From Actinomycetota bacterium (GTDB lineage: Bacteria > Actinomycetota > Thermoleophilia > Gaiellales > Gaiellaceae), in the NCBI GenBank assembly GCA_046732615.1, contig JBKPNM010000090.1, positions 1 to 47,582 of the forward strand: a DNA stretch of 47,582 nucleotides, given 5' to 3'. Every line of letters starts with the position of its first letter. The first letter of the stretch is position 1. The notes below the pieces were generated by a model. That model did no database searches. It worked only from the letters and a program-made list of their open reading frames with translations, and had not been told where the DNA came from. The position numbers and the translations under genes are program-made. Of this stretch, positions 18,622-28,043 are shown piece after piece.

Positions 18622-19398
18622 ATGAGCCGGCTGCACGTCCACGCCTGGGGCGACGACGAGGCGCCGGCGATCGTCTGCCTGCACGGCGTCACGGGCTGGG
18701 GAGGGCATTTCGCGGCGCTCGCCGCGGCTCTCCGGCGCACCCACCGCGTGCTCGCGCCCGACCTTCTCGGACACGGCTCCTCCCCGAAGGAACCGCCCTG
18801 GCGGCTCGGCGACCATCTCGACGCCGTCGAGCGCTCGGTCGGCCGGGCGCAGATCTGGCTCGGACACTCCTTCGGCGCCAGGATCGCGTTCGAGCACGCC
18901 GCGCGCAAGCCAGGCTCGGTCGAGCGGCTCGTGTTGCTCGACCCGGCGATCCTTCTCCCGCCGCATGTCGCGCTCTGGGCGGCCGAGAACGCCCGCGCCG
19001 AGCGGACGTATGGCTCGTTCGAGGACGCGGTCGACCGCCGCTACGAGGAGAGCCAGCTCTACGCGGCGCCCCGTGAGCTCGTCGAGAGCGAGCTCCGAGG
19101 ACACCTCGTCGAGGAGGCCGGCGTCTGGCGTTACCGATACACGCAGGCCTGTGTCGTCACCGCCTACTCGGAGCTCGCGACCGCTCCGGCACGGTTCGAT
19201 GCCGTCCGCGTGCCGACCTTGCTCGTTCTCGGCAACGACTCCTACCTGCCGTACGACCAGATGCTCGACGCCCATCGGGCGGCCCTCGGGGACCTGCTCG
19301 AGGTTGTCGTCGTCCCGGGGGGCCACACCGTGCTGTGGGACGCCCTCGCCGAGACGACCGAGGCCGTGACCGGGTTCGTCGCCCGCGCGAAAGCCTGA
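18622..19398 (+). CDS. Alpha/beta hydrolase
   Basis: CLHGV, APDLLGHG, GHSFG nucleophile elbow, LVLLDP, GGHTV. Confidence 0.9.
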   Translation: MSRLHVHAWGDDEAPAIVCLHGVTGWGGHFAALAAALRRTHRVLAPDLLGHGSSPKEPPWRLGDHLDAVERSVGRAQIWLGHSFGARIAFEHAARKPGSVERLVLLDPAILLPPHVALWAAENARAERTYGSFEDAVDRRYEESQLYAAPRELVESELRGHLVEEAGVWRYRYTQACVVTAYSELATAPARFDAVRVPTLLVLGNDSYLPYDQMLDAHRAALGDLLEVVVVPGGHTVLWDALAETTEAVTGFVARAKA

Positions 19399-19418
19399 CC
19401 GGCGCGCCCGTCCGCGCG

Positions 19419-20777
19419 CTACCCGACGTACTCGTCCGCGATCGAGAGGACGTCGTCGAGCACGGCGATCGCCGTGTCGACCTCCTCGCGCGTGACCGTC
19501 AGCGGCGGGACGGCCATGATCACGTTCCAATGCGTCATCAGGTAGACCCCCTGCTCGAGCGCCGCCTTCGCGAGACGTGAGACAGGCGCGACCGCCTCCC
19601 CCGAGGCGTTGTACGGCACGAGCATCTCCTTCGTCTCACGGTTCTTCACGAGCTCGACACCCCAGAAGCAGCCGAGGCCGCGCACGTCGCCGATCGACGG
19701 ATGGCGGTCGGCGAGGCCGTGCAGCGAGTCACCGAGGTAGCCGCCGACCGCGGCGGCGTTCTCGACGACGCCCTCCTCCTGGAACGCCTCGATCGACGCG
19801 ATCGCCGATGCGCACGCAAGCGGATGCCCGGCATACGTGAGGCCGCCGGGGAAGAACCGGCCGCGCACCTGGTCGACGATCTCGCCACGCGCGATCATCG
19901 CGCCGAGAGGCACGTAGCCCGAGTTGATGCCCTTCGCGACGGTGATGATGTCCGGCACGACGTCCCAGTGCTCGCATGCGAACCACCGCCCGGTGCGGCC
20001 GAAGCCGGCCATCACCTCGTCGAGGATGAGCAGGATCCCGTGCCGGTCGCAGACGTCGCGGATCGCGCGCAGGTAGCCGTCGGGCGGCGGAATGATCCCG
20101 TTCGTGCCGGTGACTGTCTCGAGAATGACGGCCGCGACGGTGTGTGCGCCCTCGTACTCGAGGATCTCTTCGAGGTGGGGCGCGCCGGTGCACACGGGGC
20201 ACGGATCGGGATGGCCGGCCGGGCAGCGATAGGTGTACGGATCGAACATGCGGACGACGCCCGGCATTCCGGGCTCGACCGCCCAGCGGCGCGGGTCGCC
20301 GGTGAGCGTGACGGCGCCGTTCGTCGCACCGTGGTACGACCGGTAGCGCGCGATGATCTTGTTCCTGCCCGTGACGAGCCGCGCGAGCTTGACGGCGTTC
20401 TCGTTCGCCTCGGCGCCGCCGTTCGTGAAGAACGAGACCGCGAGGTCGCCAGGCGTGACCTCCGCGAGCATCCGGCCGAGCCGCGAACGCGACTCGTTCG
20501 CCATCGGCGGGCCGATCGTGCAGAGCTGGTCGGCCTGGTCCTTGATCGCCTGGACGATCTTCGGGTGCTGGTGGCCGATGTTGACGTTGACGAGCTGCGA
20601 CGCGAAGTCGAGGTACCGCTTTCCGTCGTAGTCCCAGAAGTGACGCCCCTCGGCGCCGGCGACCGGAATTGGGGCGATCTGGTCCTGCACCGACCACGAG
20701 TAGAGGACGTACTCCTTCGCGTCCGCGACGATCTGGGCGCCAAGGTCCGGGTTCGCCTCGACAGTGGCCATGTCCAT
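19419..20777 (-). CDS. Class III PLP aminotransferase (omega-amino acid/taurine/beta-alanine type)
   Basis: YLDFASQLVNVNIGH, GGAEANENA, SYHG, LILDEVMAGFGRTG, VAKGINSG, GLTYAGHP. Confidence 0.92.
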   Translation of the reverse strand: MDMATVEANPDLGAQIVADAKEYVLYSWSVQDQIAPIPVAGAEGRHFWDYDGKRYLDFASQLVNVNIGHQHPKIVQAIKDQADQLCTIGPPMANESRSRLGRMLAEVTPGDLAVSFFTNGGAEANENAVKLARLVTGRNKIIARYRSYHGATNGAVTLTGDPRRWAVEPGMPGVVRMFDPYTYRCPAGHPDPCPVCTGAPHLEEILEYEGAHTVAAVILETVTGTNGIIPPPDGYLRAIRDVCDRHGILLILDEVMAGFGRTGRWFACEHWDVVPDIITVAKGINSGYVPLGAMIARGEIVDQVRGRFFPGGLTYAGHPLACASAIASIEAFQEEGVVENAAAVGGYLGDSLHGLADRHPSIGDVRGLGCFWGVELVKNRETKEMLVPYNASGEAVAPVSRLAKAALEQGVYLMTHWNVIMAVPPLTVTREEVDTAIAVLDDVLSIADEYVG

Positions 20778-20838
20778 GCTCCCTTCGCTTCGCTCGCTAC
20801 AGCGATCGTAGCCGTGCCGACGCCGCGCGGACGAGACC

Positions 20839-21006
20839 TCACTCGTCGCGAAACCCGCCCCGGAGCGCGGCTGCGGCGATGTCGACGAACGGGTCGAGCG
20901 GCGTCGGTGTGCCGAGGTTCTCGCGCGGGCCGCGCAGGACGTGCCCTCCCAGCCGCGCCTCGAAACGCACGCAGGCGCGCCGTTTCGATGTTCGACTCCG
21001 TCCCGC
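20839..21006 (-). pseudogene. Decayed internal fragment of an AAA-ATPase (LAL/LuxR-type) regulator
   Basis: RFEARLGGHVLRGPRENLGTPTPLDPFVDIAAA resembles the VLxGxCxxLxTPxPLGPFxD segment that follows Walker A in these regulators. Confidence 0.5.
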
Positions 21007-21060
21007 TCGGGTCCGACCCGGAGGGCTCGCGCGACGCCGGCAACGGCGTACGATCGGGTG

Positions 21061-21160
21061 ATGGCGATCGCAGCGCGGCCTCGTGCGACGCAGCTCCTCG
21101 AGCGAGCCGAGCCGCTCGCGTGTCTCCACGACGCGTACGCGGAGGCGCAACGGGGGGTAA
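21061..21160 (+). pseudogene. N-terminal remnant of an AAA-ATPase (LAL/LuxR-type) regulator
   Basis: MAIAARPRATQLLERAEPLACLHDAYAEAQRG (LLER..L..L......A..G pattern). TACGAT -10 lies 6 nt before the ATG; the frame degenerates before Walker A. Confidence 0.55.
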
Positions 21161-21314
21161 GCGCCGCGCCGGTAGCGGCTGTCTGCCGGCTGGTGCGCTG
21201 AGGTGCGGGCGGCGACGGCCGCCCGCACACCGTCGCGCCGCCGGCACGCCGGATTGTTGCCGGCCACCGGAGACTGGGTGCGCGCCGCTCGGGCCGAGGG
21301 TAATCCGCATTCAC

Positions 21315-21424
21315 TGGCACACATTCGGCACAAAGGTGGCACGCTTTCCCCGATACGGTGCTGCCCCGGGGGTGGGTGGGGGTTTGGGATGGGCCCAGCG
21401 GGACCCGCACAGCGCAACCCACCC
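21315..21424 (+). promoter_or_regulatory. GGCAC-repeat promoter module, copy B, with G-tract leader
   Basis: TGGCAC 21315, CGGCAC 21326, TGGCAC 21337; 11-nt spacer; TACGGT 21354-21359; GGGGG-T-GGG-T-GGGGG-TTT-GGG-AT-GGG at 21368-21393. Confidence 0.72.
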
Positions 21425-21458
21425 AGCCGCCGCGTTAGGACCGGTTAGGCTCACGATC

Positions 21459-22397
21459 GTGAGAGCCGCCGTGATCCGCGAGGTCGGGGCGCTGCCGGAG
21501 CCCGGCGACGCCGATGCGCCCGACGACGACACGATCGAGGTCGTCGCGGCACCTCTCAATCCCATCGACCTCGCCGTCTCCCGCGGCATTCTCGCGACCG
21601 GCCATCCACCGCTGCCGTACGTGCCGGGGTGCGAGGGCGTCGGCCGGACGGCCGACGGGCGCCTCGTCTGGCTCTTCGGCGGGACGCTCGGGCGCACGAC
21701 GAACGGGACGATGGCCGAGCGGGCCCCGATCGGCGACTCGTTCGCGATCGATGTCCCCGACGGAGCCGATCCCGCCGTCGCGGCGGGCCTCGGCATCGCA
21801 GGGCTCGCAGGCTGGCTGCCGCTCGCCTGGCGCGCACCGCTCCAGGGCGGCGAGAACGTGCTCGTCCTCGGCGCCACGGGCTCGGTCGGCCTCGTCGCCG
21901 TGCAGACGGCGAGGCTGCTCGGCGCGGCACGGGTCGTCGCGGTCGGACGAAGCGAGGCGGGGCTCGAGCGCGCGATGGAGCTCGGCGCAGACGCGACGGT
22001 ACGACTCGGCGGGGCGGATGACCTCGTTGCCGCCTTCAAGGACGCATTCGGCGGCGACGGCCCGAGCTACGTGTTCGACCCGCTCTGGGGCGAGCCGGCC
22101 GCGGCCGCGGTGCAAGCCGCGGTGCCGCGCGCGACCGTCGTCAATCTCGGCCAGTCGGCCGGGGCGACGTCCGAGCTCGCGTCGGCCCCTGTCCGCTTCA
22201 AGAGCCTCTCGATCCTCGGGCACACGAACTTCGCTCTCGCGAAAGACGAGCTCGCCGAGCACTACCGCCGGCTCGTCGGGCACGTCGTGGCCGGGGACAT
22301 CACGTTCGAGATCGAGCGCGTGCCGCTCGAGGAGGCAGCATCGGCGTGGCAGCGCCAGGCCGATGGCGCAGGGACGAAGCTCGTGCTCGTCCCCTAG
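21459..22397 (+). CDS. MDR-family NADPH:quinone reductase / zinc-binding dehydrogenase
   Basis: APLNPID, PYVPGCEGVG, VLVLGATGSVG, DPLWG, GTKLVLVP. It has its own TAGGCT -10 at 21446-21451, 7 nt before the GTG. Confidence 0.88.
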   Translation: MRAAVIREVGALPEPGDADAPDDDTIEVVAAPLNPIDLAVSRGILATGHPPLPYVPGCEGVGRTADGRLVWLFGGTLGRTTNGTMAERAPIGDSFAIDVPDGADPAVAAGLGIAGLAGWLPLAWRAPLQGGENVLVLGATGSVGLVAVQTARLLGAARVVAVGRSEAGLERAMELGADATVRLGGADDLVAAFKDAFGGDGPSYVFDPLWGEPAAAAVQAAVPRATVVNLGQSAGATSELASAPVRFKSLSILGHTNFALAKDELAEHYRRLVGHVVAGDITFEIERVPLEEAASAWQRQADGAGTKLVLVP

Positions 22398-22412
22398 GCG
22401 ATCGTCTCCGAC

Positions 22413-22820
22413 GTGCCCGAGCGGCCGTTCGCGATCCGTCCCGCCCCAGACGGGGACCGTATGCCGCTCGCGAGCTTGTTCGCCGCCGTCGCGGAGGAGC
22501 GGGACGGCATCGCAGCGGAGCCGACGGCAACGTCCTCGGCGGGATCTGGATCGACGGCCCGTTCTTCGGGTTCGGCGAGATCGGGATGCTGGTCGCGCGC
22601 GAAATGGCGAGGTCGCGGCGTCGGCTCGGCGCTCGTCGCTGCGGCGATCGAGTGGGGCCGGGAGCGCGGCTTGCACAAGCTGTCGCTCGGCGTCTTCCCG
22701 TACGACGACGCGGTGATCGCCCTGTACCGGAAGCACGGGTTCGAGGTCTAGGGCCGCCGCCGGAAGCACATTCGCCGCGCGAACGGCGAGCTGTGGGACC
22801 TGCTCGACGTGGGCCTCCTG
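22413..22820 (+). pseudogene. GNAT acetyltransferase, disrupted
   Basis: Frame switch after IAAEP (GEIGMLVA is in another frame), WRGRGVGSALV, AVIALYRKHGFEV, premature TAG at 22749-22751, then GRRRKHIRRANGELWDLLDVGLL continues. Confidence 0.8.
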
Positions 22821-22852
22821 CCCACCCGAGAGTACGCGCGATGCGGACTCCG

Positions 22853-23482
22853 TCAGGTGCGACGCTCGAGAACCTCTCGACGAGCCGTTCTGCGTCGACC
22901 TCCGCGTCGACGACGATCCATGCCCGCCGCGTCTCGTGGTGCAGGTTGAACCCGAACCGGGGTTTCCTCGGGCAGCCGTGCCGGGAGCCGCCGTGAGGTC
23001 TCCTCGAGTCGCTCGTACGGGACGTCCACCCGCGTGCGAGGCCCGAGGTCGAACGGCTCCGGCTGGCCGGGCGCCACCGCCACACCGGCGCGCGCGAGCG
23101 CGGCGGCGAGGGCGGCGCGGTCGACCCCCAGAGCGCGAAGCAGCGACGCACCCAGACCCGCCTTCCAGACCAGCGCCACGAGGTCGTCGTCCGGCGTCGG
23201 CTCCGCGCCGCGCGCGAGCGCAAGACCCTCGGCCCGGCCGGAAAGCCGGTAGACCGCGGGCGTCGACGTCGCGGCCTCGCTGCTCCGCCGTTCGACCGGC
23301 GGATCCGCGCGCTGCAGCCTCGCGAGGATCGTCTCCTCGAGCCGCTCCGCCGCCGCGCCGGCCCGGTGGAGCACGTCTCCGGCAGGCCCGTCGCCGCGGG
23401 CAAAGGCGACAAGGACGTGCTCTTCGCCGACCCAGTCGTGCCCGAGGCGGCGCGCCTCGCTCCACGCTCCGACGACGGACAT
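22853..23482 (-). pseudogene. Clp N-terminal (repeat) domain protein, probably frameshifted near the C-terminus
   Basis: EARRLGHDWVGEEHVLVA...L.RAG; second repeat ASLLRALGVDRAAL. A plausible continuation FGFNLHHETRRAWIVVD is in another frame. Confidence 0.6.
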
Positions 23483-23536
23483 CTGCGGCCATACCTAGAC
23501 GTCTCTCGGCACCAGAGAGGGTTAAGCTCGACCCCG

Positions 23537-24778
23537 ATGGCACTCGACCCCGGCCGTGTCGTCGCGCGCCTCCGCGAGCTTCGCTCGCTCACGGGGGACG
23601 AGAACGGCGAGCAGCGGGTCGCCTGGACGGAGACGTGGGCGAAAGGCCGCGCCTGGCTCGCCGAGTCGCTGTCCGACCTGCCGCTCGACGTCGAGCGCGA
23701 CCAGGCCGGCAACGACTGGTACACGTTGCGGGGCGAGTCGGACCGGGCAGTGCTGATCGGCGGCCACATGGACTCCGTCCCGAACGGCGGCTGGCTCGAC
23801 GGCTGCCTCAACGTGCTCGCCGGAGCCGAGGTGCTCCGCCGCATCGCCGACGACGGAACGCCGCCGGTGACCGTGCGCGTGGTCGACTGGGCAGACGAGG
23901 AGGGTGCGCGCTTCGGCCGCTCGCTCTTCGGCTCGTCGGCCGCCGCGGGGTCGATGTCCGATCAGGACGAGCTGCGGAAGCTCGTCGACCGCGACGGCGT
24001 CTCCTTGCCCGACGCGGTCGGCGCATACGGCGTCGACCTCGAGAGGGCCGTCGACGCGAACGCCCAGCTCGTGAGCGCTGCCGCCTACCTCGAGCTCCAC
24101 ATCGAGCAGGGCCCGGTGCTCGAGTCGCTCGACCTGCCGCTCGGCGTCGTGCTGGGAACGTTCGGCGTCGAGCGGTGGCGCGTCACCTGGACGGGCCAGG
24201 CGGCCCATGCCGGCTCGACGCCGATGGACAGGCGCCGCGACGCTCTCGCGGGCGCCGCGAAGCTGGCGCTCGCGATCCGCGACGTCGCGCGCGAGACCGG
24301 TGACGGCGCGGTCTGCACGTCGGGCGGCGTCGTGTGCCGGCCCGGCATCGTCACCTCGGTGGTCGAGACGGCCGAGCAGCTCCTCGATCAGCGCCACCTC
24401 GACGGCGGGAAGCTGGCGTCCATGCTCGCACGCGCCCAGGAGCTCACGCACGGCTTCGCCGAGGAGGAGCAGATCGACGTCGACTGGGACAAGATCTGGT
24501 CGATCGAGCCGATCCTCTTCGACCAGACGCTGATCGGCTTCGCCGACGACGCGATCCGCGAGGTCGCCGGAACCTCTCACCGGCTCCCGTCCGGCCCGCT
24601 CCACGACGCCGCGGAGGTGTCGCGAGCCGGCGTCCCCACCGTGATGCTCTTCGTCCAGAGCCTCCGCGGGCTCTCCCACACGAAGCTCGAGGATACGAGG
24701 CCCGAGCACCTCGAGCTGTCGGTTGCCGCGCTCGATCGGCTTGCCGCGAAGACGATCGACTGGATAGCCGCGGGATGA
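23537..24778 (+). CDS. Zn-dependent amidohydrolase (allantoate amidohydrolase / N-carbamoyl-amino-acid hydrolase / beta-ureidopropionase family)
   Basis: GGHMDSVPNGGWLDG, DEEGARF, ELHIEQGPVLE, HAGSTPM, SGPLHDA, GLSH. TAAGCT -10 lies just upstream of the ATG. Confidence 0.92.
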   Translation: MALDPGRVVARLRELRSLTGDENGEQRVAWTETWAKGRAWLAESLSDLPLDVERDQAGNDWYTLRGESDRAVLIGGHMDSVPNGGWLDGCLNVLAGAEVLRRIADDGTPPVTVRVVDWADEEGARFGRSLFGSSAAAGSMSDQDELRKLVDRDGVSLPDAVGAYGVDLERAVDANAQLVSAAAYLELHIEQGPVLESLDLPLGVVLGTFGVERWRVTWTGQAAHAGSTPMDRRRDALAGAAKLALAIRDVARETGDGAVCTSGGVVCRPGIVTSVVETAEQLLDQRHLDGGKLASMLARAQELTHGFAEEEQIDVDWDKIWSIEPILFDQTLIGFADDAIREVAGTSHRLPSGPLHDAAEVSRAGVPTVMLFVQSLRGLSHTKLEDTRPEHLELSVAALDRLAAKTIDWIAAG

Positions 24779-25206
24779 GGTACGAGCTGGCGGTCGAGAT
24801 CGCTCGGCCGCCGGCCGACGTCTACGCCTTCCTGGCGGATCCCACGCGCCTCGCCGAGTGGCAGGCGGACGTGCAGGAAGTTCGCGGCGCGCCAGGTGGG
24901 CCGCTCACGCCCGGCGCGACGTTCACGGAGGTGCGGGCGTTCCTCGGGAAGCGCGTCGAGTCGACGCTCGAGGCCGTTGTCGCGGAGCCGGGCCGCGAGC
25001 TGACGCTCGAGACCGTCTCCGGCCCGGCGCGCGTCTCGATCCGACACCTCCTCGAGGCGAGCGAGGGCGGAACGGCACTCCGGGTGGTCGCCGAAGCGGA
25101 CCCTGGGAAGCTCCTCGGGCTCGGCGGGCCGTTCGTCCGGCGCGCGGCAGAACGCCGCGCCCGTGCGGACTTCGATCGGCTCAAGGCGGTGCTGGAGACG
25201 GGCTGA
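24775..25206 (+). CDS. SRPBCC (polyketide cyclase-like) family protein
   Basis: MRYELAVEIARPPADVYAFLADP...W...DFDRLKAVLE; ATGA-coupled to the amidohydrolase. Confidence 0.85.
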   Translation: MRYELAVEIARPPADVYAFLADPTRLAEWQADVQEVRGAPGGPLTPGATFTEVRAFLGKRVESTLEAVVAEPGRELTLETVSGPARVSIRHLLEASEGGTALRVVAEADPGKLLGLGGPFVRRAAERRARADFDRLKAVLETG

Positions 25207-25235
25207 GCGCCGTTCGCGAGTAGGCTCGTCGCCGC

Positions 25236-26408
25236 GTGCGAGACCTTGTCGTCGACGACCCGGAACGTGCTCGACGCGCGGAGGCGCCCGACGCCGTTGC
25301 GATCGTCGCCGGCCTCGTTGTCGGCTGCTTCCTGACGTGGAACGTCTCGAACGTCGGCGCCGTCGCCGATCCGCTCGCGGACGCGTACGGGACGTCCCTC
25401 GCGACCGTCGGCCTGCTCACGACCGCGCTCTTCGTCACGCACCTCGCCTCGCAGCTGCCGGCCGGCATCTGGTCCGATCGCGTCGGGCCGCATCGGATCG
25501 CGCTCGCCGCCTGCGTCGCGGGGGCCGTCGGGAACGCGCTTCTGCTCCTCGAGGCGAACCTCGCGCTCGCCTTCGCCGGGAGGCTCGTCGTGGGCGTCGG
25601 GGCCGGCGCGGCGTTCGTGACGGGACTCGACCTGGTCCGCGCCGGACGGGGCGGCCCGGTCACGCAGGGGTTCTACGGCGGAGCGACGATGGCGGGCGGC
25701 GGCCTTGCGCTGGTCATCGTGCCTCCGCTGACGGACGCGACGAGCTGGCGTGCGCCGTATGCGACAGGGCTCGGGCTCGCTGTGGCAGCGGCGATCCCCC
25801 TCGTCCGCGTCCGCGAGCTCCGCTCGGTGGGGCGCGCGTCACGCGGCGTTCTGCGCGACCCGCTGCTTCTGCCGCTCGGCGTGCTCCAGGCCGCGACCTT
25901 CGGGCTCGCGGTGATCGCGGGCAACTGGGTCGTCCCGCTGCTCGAGCGGGACGGCGCCGCTTCGGCCGTCGCCGGCGCCCTCGGCGGCCTCGTCCTGCTC
26001 GCCGGGATCGTCACGCGCCCGCTCGGCGGCGCCGTCGTCCACCGGTGGCCGGGCAGACGGAGGCTGCTCGTCGGCATCTCGCTCGTCGGCGTTGCCGGCG
26101 GCGCTTTCGTGCTCGCTCTGCCCGGGCCGCTCTGGCTCTCTGCGCTCGGGACCCTCGCGCTGGGGCTCGCGGCCGGGCTGCCGTTCGCCGTGATCTTCGA
26201 GGCGGTGCAGCGCCTACGCCCCGACGCGCCGGGGGCGGCCGTCGCGCTCGTCAACGCCTGCGCGGTGCTCGCGATCCTCGTCGGGACGCCGATCGCGGGA
26301 CTCGCGTTCGACGTCCCGGGCGACGGCGCGCTCGCCTTCGCGGCGATCGGGGTGCTGGCGGCGGCGGCGCTGCCGTTCGTCGGGCGCGCCTCTACGGTAC
26401 CCCGGTGA
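25236..26408 (+). CDS. MFS transporter
   Basis: About 12 hydrophobic segments, GIWSDRVGPH motif A, GRLVVGVG. Confidence 0.88.
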   Translation: MRDLVVDDPERARRAEAPDAVAIVAGLVVGCFLTWNVSNVGAVADPLADAYGTSLATVGLLTTALFVTHLASQLPAGIWSDRVGPHRIALAACVAGAVGNALLLLEANLALAFAGRLVVGVGAGAAFVTGLDLVRAGRGGPVTQGFYGGATMAGGGLALVIVPPLTDATSWRAPYATGLGLAVAAAIPLVRVRELRSVGRASRGVLRDPLLLPLGVLQAATFGLAVIAGNWVVPLLERDGAASAVAGALGGLVLLAGIVTRPLGGAVVHRWPGRRRLLVGISLVGVAGGAFVLALPGPLWLSALGTLALGLAAGLPFAVIFEAVQRLRPDAPGAAVALVNACAVLAILVGTPIAGLAFDVPGDGALAFAAIGVLAAAALPFVGRASTVPR

Positions 26409-26995
26409 TCACCCCCGCCTGGCAGCTCCACACCGAACGCCTCGTCCTCCGACCGTTCGAGCCGCGCGACCTCGAGCCCCTCCATGCGATCCACTCGGAC
26501 GAGGGCGTCGTGCGCTGGCTCTACAACGACGCGCGGAGCTTCGCGGAGACGCGCGAGCTGCTCGAGCGGAAGATCGCCGGCTCTGCCGTGGCGGCCGGAG
26601 GGCGACTGCCTCAGTGCCGCCGTCACGCGCCGCGAGAGCGACGTGCTCGTCGGAGACGTCTCGCTGCTCTGGGCGAGTGAGACCCACCGCCAGGGCGAGC
26701 TCGGGTTCGTGTTCCACCCGCTCCACCAGGGGCGCGGCTACGCCACCGAGGCAGCGCGGCCGATCCTCGCCTTCGCGTTCGAGGAGCTCGCCCTCCACCG
26801 CGTGATCGGGCGCCTCGAGCCGCGCAACGTCGGCTCCGCCCGCGTGCTGGAGAAGCTCGGGATGCGCCGCGAGGCGCATCTCGTCGAGAGCGAGGGGGTC
26901 AAGGGCGAATGGCAGAGCGAGCTGTCTACGCCGTCCTGGCGGGCGAGTGGAGCGCCACTTCCGCTGGCGGGCAGCGGGACGACGGCGGATACTGA
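26405..26995 (+). pseudogene. RimJ/RimL-type GNAT acetyltransferase with two frameshifts
   Basis: LHTERLVLRPF in the first frame; shift near 26597 to GELGFVFHP..QGRGYATEAA...NVGSARVLEKLGM; shift near 26922 back to VYAVLAGEW. Confidence 0.8.
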
Positions 26996-27023
26996 TTGTT
27001 CGCACACGACGGAGGTTCAGCGC

Positions 27024-28043
27024 ATGCCACTCACTTTCGGCGTCACCGTTCTGCCCGATCCACCCGCCAGCCGGCTCGTCGAGCTGATGCAGCTCGGAGA
27101 GGAGAACGGCTTCGAGATCGGCTGGACGTACGACTCGCACGTCCTCTGGCAGGAGTCGTTCATCCAGCTGACGCTCGCGATCCAGGCCACGTCGACGATG
27201 AAGTTCGGCCACCTCGTCACGAACCCGGGCACCCGGGAGCCGACCGTCCTCGCGAGCCTCTACGCGACGATGCACGACGTCTCGAACGGCCGGATGGTGA
27301 TGGGCATCGGCCGCGGCGACTCGGCGCGTCGCTATATCGGCCAGCCACCGGTGCGCGTCGCCGAGTTCGAGCGCCGGCTCACGATGATCAAGGACTTCAT
27401 GAACGGCCGCGAGGTCCACTGGAACGACAAGGACCTCCACCTCAAGTGGGTGCGCCCCGAGCTCCCCGAGATCCCGTTGTGGGTCGCCGGATACGGCCCG
27501 AAGGCACTCGGCGTCGCCGGTCGCGTCGGCGACGGAGTCATCATCCAGCTCGCCGACCCCGAGATCATCCAGTGGATCATGGGCACCGCGCGCGCGGCGG
27601 CCGCGGAGGCGGGCCGCGACCCGGCGGCGCTCAAGTGCATCGTCTGCGCGCCGAGCCACGTCGGACCGATCGAGGACGGCCGCGAGCAGACACGCTGGTT
27701 CCCGGCGATGGTCTCGAATCACGTCAAGGACCTGATCGAGCGCTACGGAACCGACGGCTCCGTCGTCCCCAAGGCGCTGACGGACTACGTCGAGGCGCGC
27801 AAGTTCTACGACTACGACGAGCACTCGCGCGTCGGCGCCAAGCACGGCGCCTTCGTCACCGACGAGATCTGCGACCGCTTCTCCGTGCTCGGGGACGTCG
27901 GCCAGATCACGACGAAGCTGCGCGAGCTCGAATCGATCGGTGTCGATCACTACTCGATCTACCTGATGACGGAGGGCCAGGAGGCGACGCTCGAGGCCTA
28001 CGGCGGCGACGTGATCCCCGAGCTCGCCGGAGCTGCGGCATAG
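27024..28043 (+). CDS. LLM-class F420-dependent oxidoreductase (TIGR03842-like)
   Basis: FGVTVLPDPP, WTYDSHVLWQE, VTNPGTR, GIGRGDSA, AGYGPKAL, IIQLADP; GGAGG RBS. Confidence 0.85.
   Translation: MPLTFGVTVLPDPPASRLVELMQLGEENGFEIGWTYDSHVLWQESFIQLTLAIQATSTMKFGHLVTNPGTREPTVLASLYATMHDVSNGRMVMGIGRGDSARRYIGQPPVRVAEFERRLTMIKDFMNGREVHWNDKDLHLKWVRPELPEIPLWVAGYGPKALGVAGRVGDGVIIQLADPEIIQWIMGTARAAAAEAGRDPAALKCIVCAPSHVGPIEDGREQTRWFPAMVSNHVKDLIERYGTDGSVVPKALTDYVEARKFYDYDEHSRVGAKHGAFVTDEICDRFSVLGDVGQITTKLRELESIGVDHYSIYLMTEGQEATLEAYGGDVIPELAGAAA

Noticed and set aside
18320-18625. 101-aa ORF bridging ahpE and the hydrolase with ATGA overlaps at both ends
   Set aside because: Low-complexity Arg-rich product running through promoter module A; more likely non-coding, although translation is not excluded.
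21315-21342. TGGCAC read as a sigma-54 -24 element
   Set aside because: The GG-N10-GC spacing is met only because the repeat itself has an 11-bp period. There is no TTGC -12, there are 3-4 tandem units, and a sigma-70-type -10 follows at a fixed distance in all copies. Not fully excluded.
26597-26925. Programmed frameshifting in the GNAT gene
   Set aside because: Two separate shifts, no slippery sequence and an intervening stop; decay or sequencing error is simpler.
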